A stretch of 64,000 bases of DNA from Treponemataceae bacterium (GCA_963677895.2 CAXXGJ010000017.1:64001-128000); one strand, 5' to 3'; shown: positions 1 through 9,709, counted from the first letter of the stretch. Translations and numbers: made by a program. Notes: generated from the letters alone by a model not told the origin.

Positions 1-160
1 TCATCTGGAATTCCCTCGTCGTCTTGAAGGAGTTCATGACGAGCCATAATATGGGATAGATCGTCATAAACGCGAAGAGCATCATGATGACGTAGGCAAA
101 AAACCTGGCCATCGCCGAAAGCAGTCGCTGAGCGACGCCGTTTCTGCGCTCATCCTTCAT
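1..160 (-). CDS. Carbohydrate ABC transporter permease (MalG-like), 5' part; runs off the window edge
   Basis: Manual translation from ATG at 160: MKDERRNGVAQRLLSAMARFFAYVIMMLFAFMTIYPIIWLVMNSFKT, a typical first TM plus the 'P..W.v..SFK' motif; 3 nt downstream of the first permease. Confidence 0.85.
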   Translation of the reverse strand, partial: MKDERRNGVAQRLLSAMARFFAYVIMMLFAFMTIYPILWLVMNSFKTTREFQM

Positions 161-163
161 CGC

Positions 164-1288
164 TTAGTCCTCCTTCCCGCCAAACCGTTTTTCAGCCACC
201 TTGGTTAGGCCGATAAGCATAAAGCTTATCAGTACCATGATGAGGGAAATAGCGTTCGCGAGCGGGAAGTTCGGCCTCCCGAGAAATGCATTATTGTACA
301 TATAGATCGAAAGGATTTCCGTCACTCGCGAGGGTCCGCCCCCCGTCATGGCGAAAACAAGGGCAAAGCTGGAAAGGGAGCCGGATATGGCGAGTATCGC
401 GGAGTTCACCAGTGTTCCCGACAAGGCGGGTAAAATCACATAACGCATGATCTGCCAATCGCCGGCCCCGTCGATCCGCGCGGCCTCTACGACCTGCGAA
501 TCAATCTTCTGCATGTTCGCCAGGAATAGAATGAGATACATGCCCGTATACATCCAGAGAATCACGAAGAGCACCGGAAGCATCGCTATGTTGGCCTTGC
601 TGAGAAAGGTGGGGCTCCATCTCTGGACAAAAAGGTTGGAGAGGGCGTCCAGCACGGAACGGATGGGCTCCCCCGCGTAGGAAGCGAGCAGGTCCTTCAA
701 TTCCGGAACGGGATCGGAAAACATGGCTCTTCCGGACGAGCCCGCGAGATCGAGGATTTTCCTCACTATCTCGTCGCTTGCGGCGTAGCCGCCAGAGGAT
801 GTGAAAAGAGCCCCGAGCCGAGCCTGAAACTCTTTTACACGCATCGCGTTCACCACTTCGGCGATGGGACCATGCGGCGAGAATATGGTTTGCCAGAGAA
901 GCCCGACCACGATGACCGAGATTATGTTGGGCACGTAGAGAAGTCCCTGCCAGAAGTTGGGCGCTTTCACAAGCCTGGCGTATATGAAATAGGCGAACAC
1001 GAAGCCGAGAGGTAGTTGTCCAAGTACTGAAATGAGCACGATATAAATATTGTTCTTGAAGGCATTCCAGAACCAAGGGTCGGAAAAGACCCGGGAATAG
1101 GCCTGAAAGCCGGCGAATCCCCAGCTTTCGCCACCGAACATCTTTCCGCCTGAATAGTTCGATACCGAGAGCAGGATCGACAGGAGGATCGGGAAGGCCA
1201 TGACTATCATGTAGATGAGAAAGGCCGGGAAAATCATCGCCCAATATGCCTTGCTTTCTTCATGATTGGTTCGTCGCGGTCCAGCCAT
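164..1288 (-). CDS. Carbohydrate ABC transporter permease (MalF-like) with enlarged extracytoplasmic loop
   Basis: Multiple TM segments; EAA motif 'EAARIDGAGDWQ'; C-terminal 'MTGGGP'. Confidence 0.9.
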   Translation of the reverse strand: MAGPRRTNHEESKAYWAMIFPAFLIYMIVMAFPILLSILLSVSNYSGGKMFGGESWGFAGFQAYSRVFSDPWFWNAFKNNIYIVLISVLGQLPLGFVFAYFIYARLVKAPNFWQGLLYVPNIISVIVVGLLWQTIFSPHGPIAEVVNAMRVKEFQARLGALFTSSGGYAASDEIVRKILDLAGSSGRAMFSDPVPELKDLLASYAGEPIRSVLDALSNLFVQRWSPTFLSKANIAMLPVLFVILWMYTGMYLILFLANMQKIDSQVVEAARIDGAGDWQIMRYVILPALSGTLVNSAILAISGSLSSFALVFAMTGGGPSRVTEILSIYMYNNAFLGRPNFPLANAISLIMVLISFMLIGLTKVAEKRFGGKED

Positions 1289-1317
1289 CGGATCCTCACT
1301 ATCAGAAGTTATGCGCC

Positions 1318-1351
1318 TAGAGGGGCCGTCGATATTATTGGCAGCCCCCTA
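1318..1351 (-). terminator. Intercistronic stem-loop after the solute-binding protein gene
   Basis: Imperfect inverted repeat TAGAGGGGC...GCCCCCTA between the SBP stop and the permease start. Confidence 0.4.
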
Positions 1352-1361
1352 AGCGAATTTT

Positions 1362-2666
1362 TTATTTTTTCGCAGTTTTCCAGGCTTCAAAAGCCTTCTG
1401 GACATCGGACGCGACTTTCTCCGGCGTGGAAGTTCCAAGACCGATCGCGATGAGGCCATCGTTGACTACGTTGTAGACGGCCGGATCGAAGGCGCCGTCG
1501 AACACATAGCAGGTGTCGGGATTGTCCGCGTAGAAGACGGGGACTTTCGCGACGAAGGGCTCGACGTTTGCTTTTACGCCCTTGCGGGTGGGAACGTAGG
1601 CGCCGGTGCTGTAACGAATGGCCTGGACTTCGGCCGAATAGAGATACTTGACGAGGCGGCTCGCGGCTTTCTCCTTGGCCGAGTTCGAGGGAAGTGCGCC
1701 TGAAATGGCCCAACCCGTGCCCGCGACCGCCGAAACGACGCCGGGATTTTTCTCGCCAGCGATAGCCGGGAACGGCAGGAGAGCGAAATCGGATTCCTGC
1801 GCAGCGGGAGAAATGAGCGCTTTCCCTGAAGCTTTATCGGTGATGTAAGCGCCGGCTCTCCAGTCGCCATCGATATAGATCGCCGCCTTGCTCGAGACAA
1901 AGAGACCGGGCGCCTCGCCGTAGCCAACCTGGTTGTCTTCGCGGGCGATAATGCCGTCATTGTAGAGATCGGAGATTACCTGGAGCGTATCGACGAATGG
2001 TTTGTCGGTGAACTTCGCTTTGCCAGCGTTGATCGCGTCGACGAAGTCATCGCCGGCCATCCTTCCGAGCACCGTCGAAAAGAGGCAGGACTGCATCGGC
2101 CAGCCGTCCTTATTCGGCAGCATGATGACATTGATTCCCTTCGCCTTCAGTTTGGGCACCATTTTTTTGAGATCGCTGTAGGTTTTGGGCAGGGCGAAAC
2201 CGTTGTCGGAGAGGAGTTTTTTGTTGACATACATGACCGACGTGTAGGTGAAGGACTGAGGCAGTTCGACGAGGTACTTTCCCAGCTGATTGTTGGGGTT
2301 TGTGGCAGCGCCGGAGAAATTTTTCAGGAAATCGGCACCAAGAACCTTCGAGAGATCCTTCGCAAGCTTCTTCTCGTGGATCACCGCGCTGCGAGCGCCC
2401 GGCCAGACATAGAAAACGTCGGGAAGCATTCCGGCCGCGGCGTACGCCTGAAGCTTCTGATGGTAGGGCTCGTTGAAGAGCACTTCCATATTGAGGGTGA
2501 TATCCGGGTTGTCAGCCTGGAATTTTTGCCAGATCGCCACGTCTTCCTGGTATCCAGCCTGATCGGCCTGCTGGTAGTTGAAGACGTTGAGCGTCACTTT
2601 CTCTTGGGCGCAGACTCCCGAAACGACGAGTGCGACCATGGCGAACGCGAGAACCGCCTTTTTCAT
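1362..2666 (-). CDS. Sugar ABC transporter extracellular solute-binding protein
   Basis: Start re-assigned to MKKAVLAF (signal peptide; AAGGAGG upstream); SBP family 1 features such as 'AAGMLPDVF' and 'YVNKKLL'. Confidence 0.9.
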   Translation of the reverse strand: MKKAVLAFAMVALVVSGVCAQEKVTLNVFNYQQADQAGYQEDVAIWQKFQADNPDITLNMEVLFNEPYHQKLQAYAAAGMLPDVFYVWPGARSAVIHEKKLAKDLSKVLGADFLKNFSGAATNPNNQLGKYLVELPQSFTYTSVMYVNKKLLSDNGFALPKTYSDLKKMVPKLKAKGINVIMLPNKDGWPMQSCLFSTVLGRMAGDDFVDAINAGKAKFTDKPFVDTLQVISDLYNDGIIAREDNQVGYGEAPGLFVSSKAAIYIDGDWRAGAYITDKASGKALISPAAQESDFALLPFPAIAGEKNPGVVSAVAGTGWAISGALPSNSAKEKAASRLVKYLYSAEVQAIRYSTGAYVPTRKGVKANVEPFVAKVPVFYADNPDTCYVFDGAFDPAVYNVVNDGLIAIGLGTSTPEKVASDVQKAFEAWKTAKK

Positions 2667-2740
2667 GGAAACCTCCTTGGCAGCGGGTTCGACCCCGCAT
2701 GGAATCCTATGCTTTCGCCGCACCGATCGAGGAGACGGCG

Positions 2741-3871
2741 CTAAAGCCCCCTTGAAACGCCTCTCTCGAGGAGGCGATGCTCAGCCAACAGCCGCTCAAA
2801 TACCATACCCGCGGCCCCATAAGCCACGGCTTTATCCTTGAGACTCGAATACCGGATTTCCACATCCTTGGGAGAGGGATACATCCAATTTTCCTCGAGC
2901 TTGCGCCTCAGTATCGAAGGAAGGTCTATGTTGAGAGCTTCAATATCACCACCGATGAAAACCTGCGAAAAATCCATGGTATTGATAAGCATCGCCATGT
3001 TGCGCGAAAGCTCCTCGATAGTCTTCTCCAAGATCGCGCGGTTCGAATTCATCCGCGCGAGGTCCTCGCGCGGCAACGAGAATTGCAGATCGTTCTTCCC
3101 GTCGCAAAACGCGCTCCTGAATTCGCCCGCGAAGCCGTGTGATCCGGTATGGACCTTGCCGCGCAGAACGATGCCAAAACCTACCCCAATGCCGCCGTAG
3201 CAGCGCAAGGAAGTCTGGTCCTGCCGGTATTCCACCAGGGCGAAAAGGAAATTGTTCAGGTCTTCCTTTTTATTGAAGGCAAGTTCACCCCATGCGCAGC
3301 AATTAGCGTCGTTTTCTATGCATACGGGTACGGATAGCTTTCCCGCCATGGCCTTTTCGAAGTCCAGCGGCTTGCCGATGCCGAGCGGCACTGAATAACG
3401 AATCCGCCCTTTGGCCGAATCGACGAGGCCGGCCGTTCCGACGCCCACGCCAAGGAGTACCGAGTCGCAGCAGTATTCGTTTTCGGTTTCTTCCACGAGA
3501 CCGAGAACGGTGTCGGTGAAGTTGTCGTAATTGACATCCACGGCTTTACGTCTAGTCCCCCTGATTTCTCCAGCGGCGTCGACGATGACGGCTTCGCAAA
3601 AACCGAGTTGGAGTTCGATGCCGATGATGCGCCCGTATTCCTTCCGAACCGCCAGCTGGATCGGTTTCCGGCCGCCCCTGACCGAAGCTTCGCCTTCATC
3701 CAATTCCTCGACGAGGCCAGATTCCAAAAGGAAGCAGACTTGATTCGTCACGGTGGATTTGTCGAGATCGAGAAGCTTCGCCAGATCTATTCTGCTGATA
3801 CCGGGATTACGCCATATCGCCCTGAATATACGTGATGTCGTGCGCTTACCCGAATCTCCGGTTCTCGCCAT
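2741..3871 (-). CDS. ROK-family transcriptional regulator (XylR/NagC-like)
   Basis: N-terminal HTH 'ISRIDLAKLLDLDKSTVT', 'GGRKP', ROK 'IENDANCCAWGE' and 'GFAGEF'. Confidence 0.92.
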   Translation of the reverse strand: MARTGDSGKRTTSRIFRAIWRNPGISRIDLAKLLDLDKSTVTNQVCFLLESGLVEELDEGEASVRGGRKPIQLAVRKEYGRIIGIELQLGFCEAVIVDAAGEIRGTRRKAVDVNYDNFTDTVLGLVEETENEYCCDSVLLGVGVGTAGLVDSAKGRIRYSVPLGIGKPLDFEKAMAGKLSVPVCIENDANCCAWGELAFNKKEDLNNFLFALVEYRQDQTSLRCYGGIGVGFGIVLRGKVHTGSHGFAGEFRSAFCDGKNDLQFSLPREDLARMNSNRAILEKTIEELSRNMAMLINTMDFSQVFIGGDIEALNIDLPSILRRKLEENWMYPSPKDVEIRYSSLKDKAVAYGAAGMVFERLLAEHRLLERGVSRGL

Positions 3872-3911
3872 GATGCCCTGCTCTCCAAATTTTTATCGTG
3901 TATCATCTTTA

Positions 3912-3946
3912 ATATCAATTAGTTGATTTATTAAACCAATTGATAT
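3912..3946. promoter_or_regulatory. Putative ROK-regulator operator (inverted repeat) in the divergent promoter region
   Basis: ATATCAATT-AGTTGATTTATTAAACC-AATTGATAT; the core resembles XylR-type TTAGTT...AAAC operators. Confidence 0.55.
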
Positions 3947-4028
3947 ATATCATCACTATACGCGGCTGTCAAGGAAACTTTACGATGATTCGATCGCGGG
4001 TCTCACGCTCAGCGGATGGAGGATACCG

Positions 4029-6656
4029 ATGGAAAAGTTCTCGCTTGCCGGAGAATGGAGACTATGCCAAATCGACGGCGAAATTGAGGTCCTAATGACC
4101 GTTCCTGGCGATATCCTTTCGGCGCTCGTCGCCGGAGGAGTCGCGCCTGACCCCTATTCGGGCAAAAACGAAAATAAAGTGCGGTGGGTAGGCGAGTCGG
4201 ATTGGCGTGTCGAGCGAGAGTTCGAGGTACCTCCCGCGCTACTCGCGTGCGAACGAATTTTCCTCGATATCGACGTCATCGATACGGTGGCGAGCGTCGA
4301 GATAAATGGAACCCGCATCGGCGACAATGCCTCCATGTTCGTAAGGTTCCGTCGAGACCTGATCTCCACGCTGAAAACGGGGAAGAACTTGATATCGATA
4401 CGCATCCGCTCGCCCGAAAAGGCAGCGGCAGACATCGCGGCGACCTTGCCCTACCCCATCCCCGAATCGACCTATCCTCCCTCTTCTCCCCATAGGAACC
4501 TCATCAGGAAGGCCCAATGCATGAGCGGCTGGGACTGGGGGCCTTGCCTGATGACGGGAGGAATCTACGACAGCATTGAACTCGTGGGAGTCGATGGCCC
4601 CAGGATCGATTATGTGCGAGCCAGCATTTTCGCGGTGGAAAGCTTCGATCTTCGCGCGCGTGGCCTCGCCCTGGAATCAGGTCCCGATTTCAAAGTCGAA
4701 GCGACCATCGACGTAAATAGCCCCTCGAGCATGGAGGCTCTGCTTTCCGTGGCCTTGGCCGGTGAAAAACGCTCCAGCCGGGTCCAGCTGTCTGCGGGCG
4801 ACTCCGCGCTCAAGATGGAATTTTACGTGAAAAAACCTCTTCTATGGTGGCCGCAGGGCATGGGCGCCCAACCCCTCTATGACCTCGAAATATCGCTTGG
4901 GGCGGCTGCCGCTCATGGAGACGGCCAAGTCGATACCTCCCTGGCCGCGGCCTCTCCTCATATCGTGCGCAAACGGATCGGCTTCCGCGAACTCATCGTC
5001 TCGACGGCGGAGGACTCCGAAGGCCGGGAGATGAAGTTCGTCGTAAACGGCCGCGATATGTTCGCGAAGGGCGCCAACTGGATTCCCGCCGATGCCTTGC
5101 CTTCCCGGTGCACAAAGGAAAAAATCGCCGGCCTTCTCGGATCAGCCGTCGAGGCTCACATGAACTGCCTCCGCGTCTGGGGCGGCGGACGCTACGAGTG
5201 CGACGATTTCTACGATCTGTGCGATGAGCTCGGCATCCTCGTCTGGCAAGACTGCATGTTCTCCTGCGCGCTCTACCCCTCCACTCTCGCCTTCCTCGCC
5301 GAGGTGGAAGCGGAGATCCGTCATCAGGTGAAGAGACTTCAGTACCACCCCAGCGTCGCGCTCTGGTGCGGCGGCAACGAAGCCTTGGGTGCGATTACCT
5401 GGTATGAAGAATCGAAGACGAATCCGGCGCGCTATATAGTCGACTACGATCGGCTCACCGAGGGCGTGTTGGGTAAGGTCGTACGAGAACTCGACTGGGA
5501 ACGATGCTGGTGGCCTTCAAGTCCTTCGGCGGGTCCCAACGACTTTTCGGATAACTGGCATTCCGACGATAAAGGCGACATGCATTTCTGGTCGGTCTGG
5601 CATGAGGGGAAGCCCTTTTCCGAATACCTGACCGTGCGCCCGAGATTCTGCTCCGAATTCGGTTTCCAGGCCTTCCCGGGCTTTGAGACTATAGCCGGTT
5701 TCGCGCCTCCGGACGAGCGCAACCTCAGCTCGCCGACGATGGAAGCCCACCAGCGCCACCCGCAGGGGAACAGCCTGATCGTCGACACCATGCTGCGCTA
5801 TTTCAGAATGCCCAAAGGCTTCAGGGAGACGCTCTACCTATCGCAGGTCCAGCAGGCCATGGCCATCGGCACCGCCGTGGAATACTGGCGCTCGGAACGT
5901 CCGCGCTGCATGGGGACACTCTATTGGCAGCTCAACGACGTATGGCCGGCGACAAGCTGGTCCAGCATCGAATACGGCGGCATATGGAAGCTTCTTCACT
6001 ACGAAGCGCGACGCTTCTATGACCCGCTTCTCCTCGCCTTCATTCTGCGCGACGGGAACATCGAACTGCGCGTCGTCAACGATAGCTATTTTGGCATGGA
6101 CGGGAGTTTCGAGATTTCGTTCGTCGATTTCACGGGCAGGCTTTTGGCAAGTTACAAGGGAGACAAGGGACTGCCGGCCGAGGGGGCGCGGACGCTATGG
6201 TCGATGCCGCTGAAGGATGCGCCCGAGAGCCCCGAACGCTGCTTCATCGAGGCCAGGCTATCGGCGTACGGAAATCCGCGAAACTCCACGGTCCCAGGAG
6301 GCGAATCGCGGCGGCGGGCGTGGCGTTTTCTCACCGAGCCCAAGCGCTGTTCCCTTGTGGAGGCTAACCTTGTGGCGCAGCTCGATCAAGCGGAGGAAGG
6401 GCAAGATCAGGCATTGTATGTGTCCATAGAAGCGCGCGACGCGCCCGCGTTCCATGTCGCTCCAACCTTCCAGGCCGCTCCTGGACTCCCTTGCCTGCGC
6501 GGCCGCTTCGAGGACGCGGGATTTTATCTTTCAAGGGGCGAGTCGAGAAGGCTTCGCTTCATTCCGGAGAAGGGGTCGGAGGCGATGGCGCGTGCGTCCA
6601 CGATCGACCTCTCCTCTCAGCTCCGCCTCTTCGATCTCAGGAGCAGCTATGAATGA
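4029..6656 (+). CDS. Glycoside hydrolase family 2, beta-mannosidase
   Basis: 'IRKAQCMSGWDWGP', 'FAKGANWIP', 'RVWGGG', 'WCGGNE' (acid/base), 'SEFG' (nucleophile), 'YWQLND'. Confidence 0.93.
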   Translation: MEKFSLAGEWRLCQIDGEIEVLMTVPGDILSALVAGGVAPDPYSGKNENKVRWVGESDWRVEREFEVPPALLACERIFLDIDVIDTVASVEINGTRIGDNASMFVRFRRDLISTLKTGKNLISIRIRSPEKAAADIAATLPYPIPESTYPPSSPHRNLIRKAQCMSGWDWGPCLMTGGIYDSIELVGVDGPRIDYVRASIFAVESFDLRARGLALESGPDFKVEATIDVNSPSSMEALLSVALAGEKRSSRVQLSAGDSALKMEFYVKKPLLWWPQGMGAQPLYDLEISLGAAAAHGDGQVDTSLAAASPHIVRKRIGFRELIVSTAEDSEGREMKFVVNGRDMFAKGANWIPADALPSRCTKEKIAGLLGSAVEAHMNCLRVWGGGRYECDDFYDLCDELGILVWQDCMFSCALYPSTLAFLAEVEAEIRHQVKRLQYHPSVALWCGGNEALGAITWYEESKTNPARYIVDYDRLTEGVLGKVVRELDWERCWWPSSPSAGPNDFSDNWHSDDKGDMHFWSVWHEGKPFSEYLTVRPRFCSEFGFQAFPGFETIAGFAPPDERNLSSPTMEAHQRHPQGNSLIVDTMLRYFRMPKGFRETLYLSQVQQAMAIGTAVEYWRSERPRCMGTLYWQLNDVWPATSWSSIEYGGIWKLLHYEARRFYDPLLLAFILRDGNIELRVVNDSYFGMDGSFEISFVDFTGRLLASYKGDKGLPAEGARTLWSMPLKDAPESPERCFIEARLSAYGNPRNSTVPGGESRRRAWRFLTEPKRCSLVEANLVAQLDQAEEGQDQALYVSIEARDAPAFHVAPTFQAAPGLPCLRGRFEDAGFYLSRGESRRLRFIPEKGSEAMARASTIDLSSQLRLFDLRSSYE

Positions 6657-6696
6657 GAGAGGGCTGTCCGCGATTCGTTTCGCGGACAGCCCTCTC
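6657..6696. terminator. Perfect 17-bp hairpin between convergent genes (probable bidirectional terminator)
   Basis: GAGAGGGCTGTCCGCGA-TTCGTT-TCGCGGACAGCCCTCTC. Confidence 0.7.
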
Positions 6697-6740
6697 ATCG
6701 TCTACTCCGGCATAGGGGCGCCGGAGAACAGCCTCATTCT

Positions 6741-7742
6741 TCAGATATCGCCTATCGTGGCGACCATGACCGCCTTGATGGTATGTAGCCTGTTCTCCGC
6801 CTGATCGAAAACGACGGAGTGGCGGGAACGGAAGAGTTCGTCCGACACTTCCATCTCGCCGATGCCATGCTTCTTCTCGATATCCTGGCCCACGGCGGTC
6901 TCCGTATCGTGGAAGGCCGGCAGGCAATGCAGGAAGACGACATCGGGATTCCCGGTTTTCCTCGCGAAATCCATGGTGACGCGGTAGTCCTGGAGCTGGG
7001 CGATGCGTTCGGCGAACTTCGCTTCCTCGCCCATCGAAACCCAGACATCGGTGTAGAGCACGTCGGCGCCGGCCAAGGCTTTATCCACGTTCTCGATGCT
7101 GAAGAATTCGATGCTGCCGCCGGTTTTCTCGGCCACCTTGCGTATTTCGGCCGTGAGCGTCTCGTTCGGCCAAAGCTCCTTCGGAGCGAGCGCCACGAAG
7201 CGCATGCCCATCTTGGCGCTACCGATCATGAGCGCGTTGCCCATGTTGTTCCTCGCGTCGCCGCAGTAGACCATCTTCACCTTGTTCAGGGGCTTGTGGA
7301 CATGCTCTTCGATCGTGAGAAGATCGGCGAGGATCTGGGTCGGGTGGTCGTCGTCGGTGAGGCCGTTCCACACGGGCACGCCCGAATATTTCGCGAGATC
7401 CTCCACGAGTTTCTGCGAAAATCCCCTGTACTGGATTCCGTTGTACATGCGTCCCAACACCTTGGCGGTGTCCTCGACGGATTCCTTTTTGCCCATCTGC
7501 GAATTGGTCAGGAAGGTGGCGTTGCCCCCTTCGTCCCAGCAGGCGGTTTCGAAGGCGCAGCGCGTCCTGGTCGACGCCTTGTCGAAAATGAGCACTATAT
7601 TCTTGCGGTATAAAGCGTTCCCAGGGATTCCGGCGCGCTTTTTAGCTTTCAGGTCATGCGACAGGTCGAGAAGATAGCGGATTTCCTCGGGGCTGAAATC
7701 CTTGAGCGTGAGGAAACTGCGACCCTTGAGATTGACGGGCAT
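6741..7742 (-). CDS. argF: Ornithine carbamoyltransferase
   Basis: STRTR, HPTQ, DVWVSMG, HCLP motifs; start re-assigned to MPVNLKGR after GGAGG. Confidence 0.96.
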   Translation of the reverse strand: MPVNLKGRSFLTLKDFSPEEIRYLLDLSHDLKAKKRAGIPGNALYRKNIVLIFDKASTRTRCAFETACWDEGGNATFLTNSQMGKKESVEDTAKVLGRMYNGIQYRGFSQKLVEDLAKYSGVPVWNGLTDDDHPTQILADLLTIEEHVHKPLNKVKMVYCGDARNNMGNALMIGSAKMGMRFVALAPKELWPNETLTAEIRKVAEKTGGSIEFFSIENVDKALAGADVLYTDVWVSMGEEAKFAERIAQLQDYRVTMDFARKTGNPDVVFLHCLPAFHDTETAVGQDIEKKHGIGEMEVSDELFRSRHSVVFDQAENRLHTIKAVMVATIGDI

Positions 7743-7867
7743 GTGGTCCTCCAAAATGCAAAGTGGTTGCCGCGATGCCATATGGCGGCAATGATCCTAT
7801 ATATACCATGCGAAGACCCGGGTCAAGTACGCCAGCGCGAATGGAATATCATAATTATTTACCCAGA

Positions 7868-7885
7868 AGTGAATAATATTGCAGC
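7868..7885. promoter_or_regulatory. Possible ARG box upstream of argF
   Basis: AGTGAATAATATTGCAGC resembles the ArgR consensus TGAAT-W4-ATTCA. Confidence 0.3.
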
Positions 7886-7907
7886 GACTCTCGCGGCCGC
7901 ATGGTGT

Positions 7908-7936
7908 TTGACTCATCCGGCCTCCTTGGCTATACT
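7908..7936 (+). promoter_or_regulatory. Sigma70-type promoter for the aminotransferase gene
   Basis: TTGACT-17 nt-TATACT. Confidence 0.7.
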
Positions 7937-7983
7937 AGCTTCTACGTTCCATCGGTCCATGGAACACTCCAAAAGGAGCCGTC

Positions 7984-9354
7984 ATGACGCTCACATTATC
8001 CAACATGGCAAAGGCAGTCATCGATTCGCAGTACGCTGTTCGGGGACCTATCGTCGCCCGTGCGCAGGAACTCGAACGAGCAGGCCGGAAGATAATTTAC
8101 TGCAATATCGGAAACCCCCAGGCTCTGGGACAGAAACCTCTGACCTACGTGCGGCAGGTTCTCGCCCTGGCCGAATGGCCCGAACTTGCGTCGAAGGCTC
8201 CCGAAGCATTCCCCGAGGATATCCTGGCTACGGCGAAAACCATATTGACCGAATCCAAAAGCGGTCTGGGCGCGTACTCGGAATCCAAGGGACTGAAGTT
8301 CGTCCGGAAAGCCATCGCGGAGTTCATACAAGAGCGGGATTCCGACGAGGCGCTCGCCGTCAAGGCCGACCCCGAGCATATATATCTCACCGATGGCGCC
8401 TCCAAAGGCGTCCAGACCGCGCTGCGCTGCGTCATCGCTTCCGACCGCGACGGCGTCATGGTTCCCACGCCCCAGTATCCTCTCTATTCGGCCGCGATCA
8501 CTCTCTACGGCGGCGTGCAGGTAGGATATTATCTGGACGAGGCTTCCGGCTGGAGTCTATCCCGCGCAATGCTCGACGCAGCCTATTCCAAGGCGCGAAA
8601 AGAGGGCACGAAGGTCAAGGCCATCTGCGTCATCAACCCCGGCAACCCCACTGGCTCGGTGCTGTCACGCGACAATATCGCGATGGTCATCGATTTCGCG
8701 AAGGAACACGGACTTTCCGTTCTCGCCGACGAAGTGTACCAGAAAAACACCTATCGGGCGGAAGACCGCTTCACCTCCTTCGCGAGAGTGCTGACCGAAC
8801 TGGGCGAAAAGGACGTGAGTCTCTTCAGCTTCCACTCCTGTTCGAAGGGCTACCTTGGCGAATGCGGCCAGCGCGGCGGCTATATGGAAGTGAGGAATCT
8901 GCCCGAGGACGTCATCGCCCAGATCACGAAGCTCCAGTCCATCGCCCTCTGCTCCAATCTGCCGGGACAGGTCCTCGTCTATCTGCTGGTGCGTCCGCCG
9001 CGCCCGGGCGATCAGTCCTACGAGCTTTTCCGAAACGAACGCGACGGTGTGATAGACGCGCTGAAGCGGCGGGCGGCGCTTCTCGCGGAAGGCCTGGACA
9101 GCATTCCCGGCTATTCCTGCCAGCCCATCACGGGCGCCATGTACGCCTTCCCGACGATCACCCTGCCCGCCGGGCGGAGCGACGACGAGTACTGCCTCGC
9201 CATGCTCGAAAAGACGGGCATCTGTGTCATTCCGGGAAGCGGTTTCGGGCAGCTGCCCGGCACGGCTCATTTCAGGACGACAATTCTGCCCCCCCTCGAA
9301 CAGATTGAGGAAGTGGTGGGCAAGATCAGGGAATTCCACCTTTCGTGGCGATAG
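7984..9354 (+). CDS. PLP-dependent class I/II aminotransferase, alanine transaminase (eukaryotic ALT-like)
   Basis: 'YAVRGPI', 'CNIGNPQ', 'INPGNPTG', 'ADEVYQ', 'SFHSCSKGYLGECGQRGG' (PLP lysine). Confidence 0.88.
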   Translation: MTLTLSNMAKAVIDSQYAVRGPIVARAQELERAGRKIIYCNIGNPQALGQKPLTYVRQVLALAEWPELASKAPEAFPEDILATAKTILTESKSGLGAYSESKGLKFVRKAIAEFIQERDSDEALAVKADPEHIYLTDGASKGVQTALRCVIASDRDGVMVPTPQYPLYSAAITLYGGVQVGYYLDEASGWSLSRAMLDAAYSKARKEGTKVKAICVINPGNPTGSVLSRDNIAMVIDFAKEHGLSVLADEVYQKNTYRAEDRFTSFARVLTELGEKDVSLFSFHSCSKGYLGECGQRGGYMEVRNLPEDVIAQITKLQSIALCSNLPGQVLVYLLVRPPRPGDQSYELFRNERDGVIDALKRRAALLAEGLDSIPGYSCQPITGAMYAFPTITLPAGRSDDEYCLAMLEKTGICVIPGSGFGQLPGTAHFRTTILPPLEQIEEVVGKIREFHLSWR

Positions 9355-9364
9355 GAGACAAATC

Positions 9365-9640
9365 ATGGAAATGAAAGCCAGTCATATTCTCATCAAGGAC
9401 AGGGCCCTGGCTCAGGAACTTCTCAAGAGGATCAAACAGGGCGCCAACTTCGAAAGCCTGGCGCGCGAGCATTCGACCTGCCCCTCGAAGTCATCGGGGG
9501 GAGACCTCGGCTGGTTCGGGCCGGGGAAGATGGTCGCCCCCTTCGAATCGGCCTGCAAAGGCCTGGGCGTGGGCTCGATATCCGACGTCGTCCAGACCCA
9601 GTTCGGCTACCACATCATAAAACTGACGGGGCGCCGCTGA
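9365..9640 (+). CDS. ppiC: Parvulin-type peptidyl-prolyl cis-trans isomerase
   Basis: 'ASHILIK', 'HSTCPS..GGDLGWF', 'TQFGYHII'; ATG after AGGAG. Confidence 0.92.
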   Translation: MEMKASHILIKDRALAQELLKRIKQGANFESLAREHSTCPSKSSGGDLGWFGPGKMVAPFESACKGLGVGSISDVVQTQFGYHIIKLTGRR

Positions 9641-9709
9641 TCAGATTTTTCTCGGCTGCGCGGTCAGATTTTTCTCGACCGCGCGATTATATTTTTTTCA
9701 GCTGCGCAA
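9641..9709. repeat. Three degenerate 23-bp tandem repeats, the third being the 3' end of the RluA-family gene
   Basis: TCAGATTTTTCTCGGCTGCGCGG / TCAGATTTTTCTCGACCGCGCGA / TTATATTTTTTTCAGCTGCGCAA. Confidence 0.75.

Noticed and set aside
7656..9308. 550-aa plus-strand ORF overlapping the aminotransferase
   Set aside because: Alternative frame of a GC-rich gene; Arg-rich with no recognisable motifs
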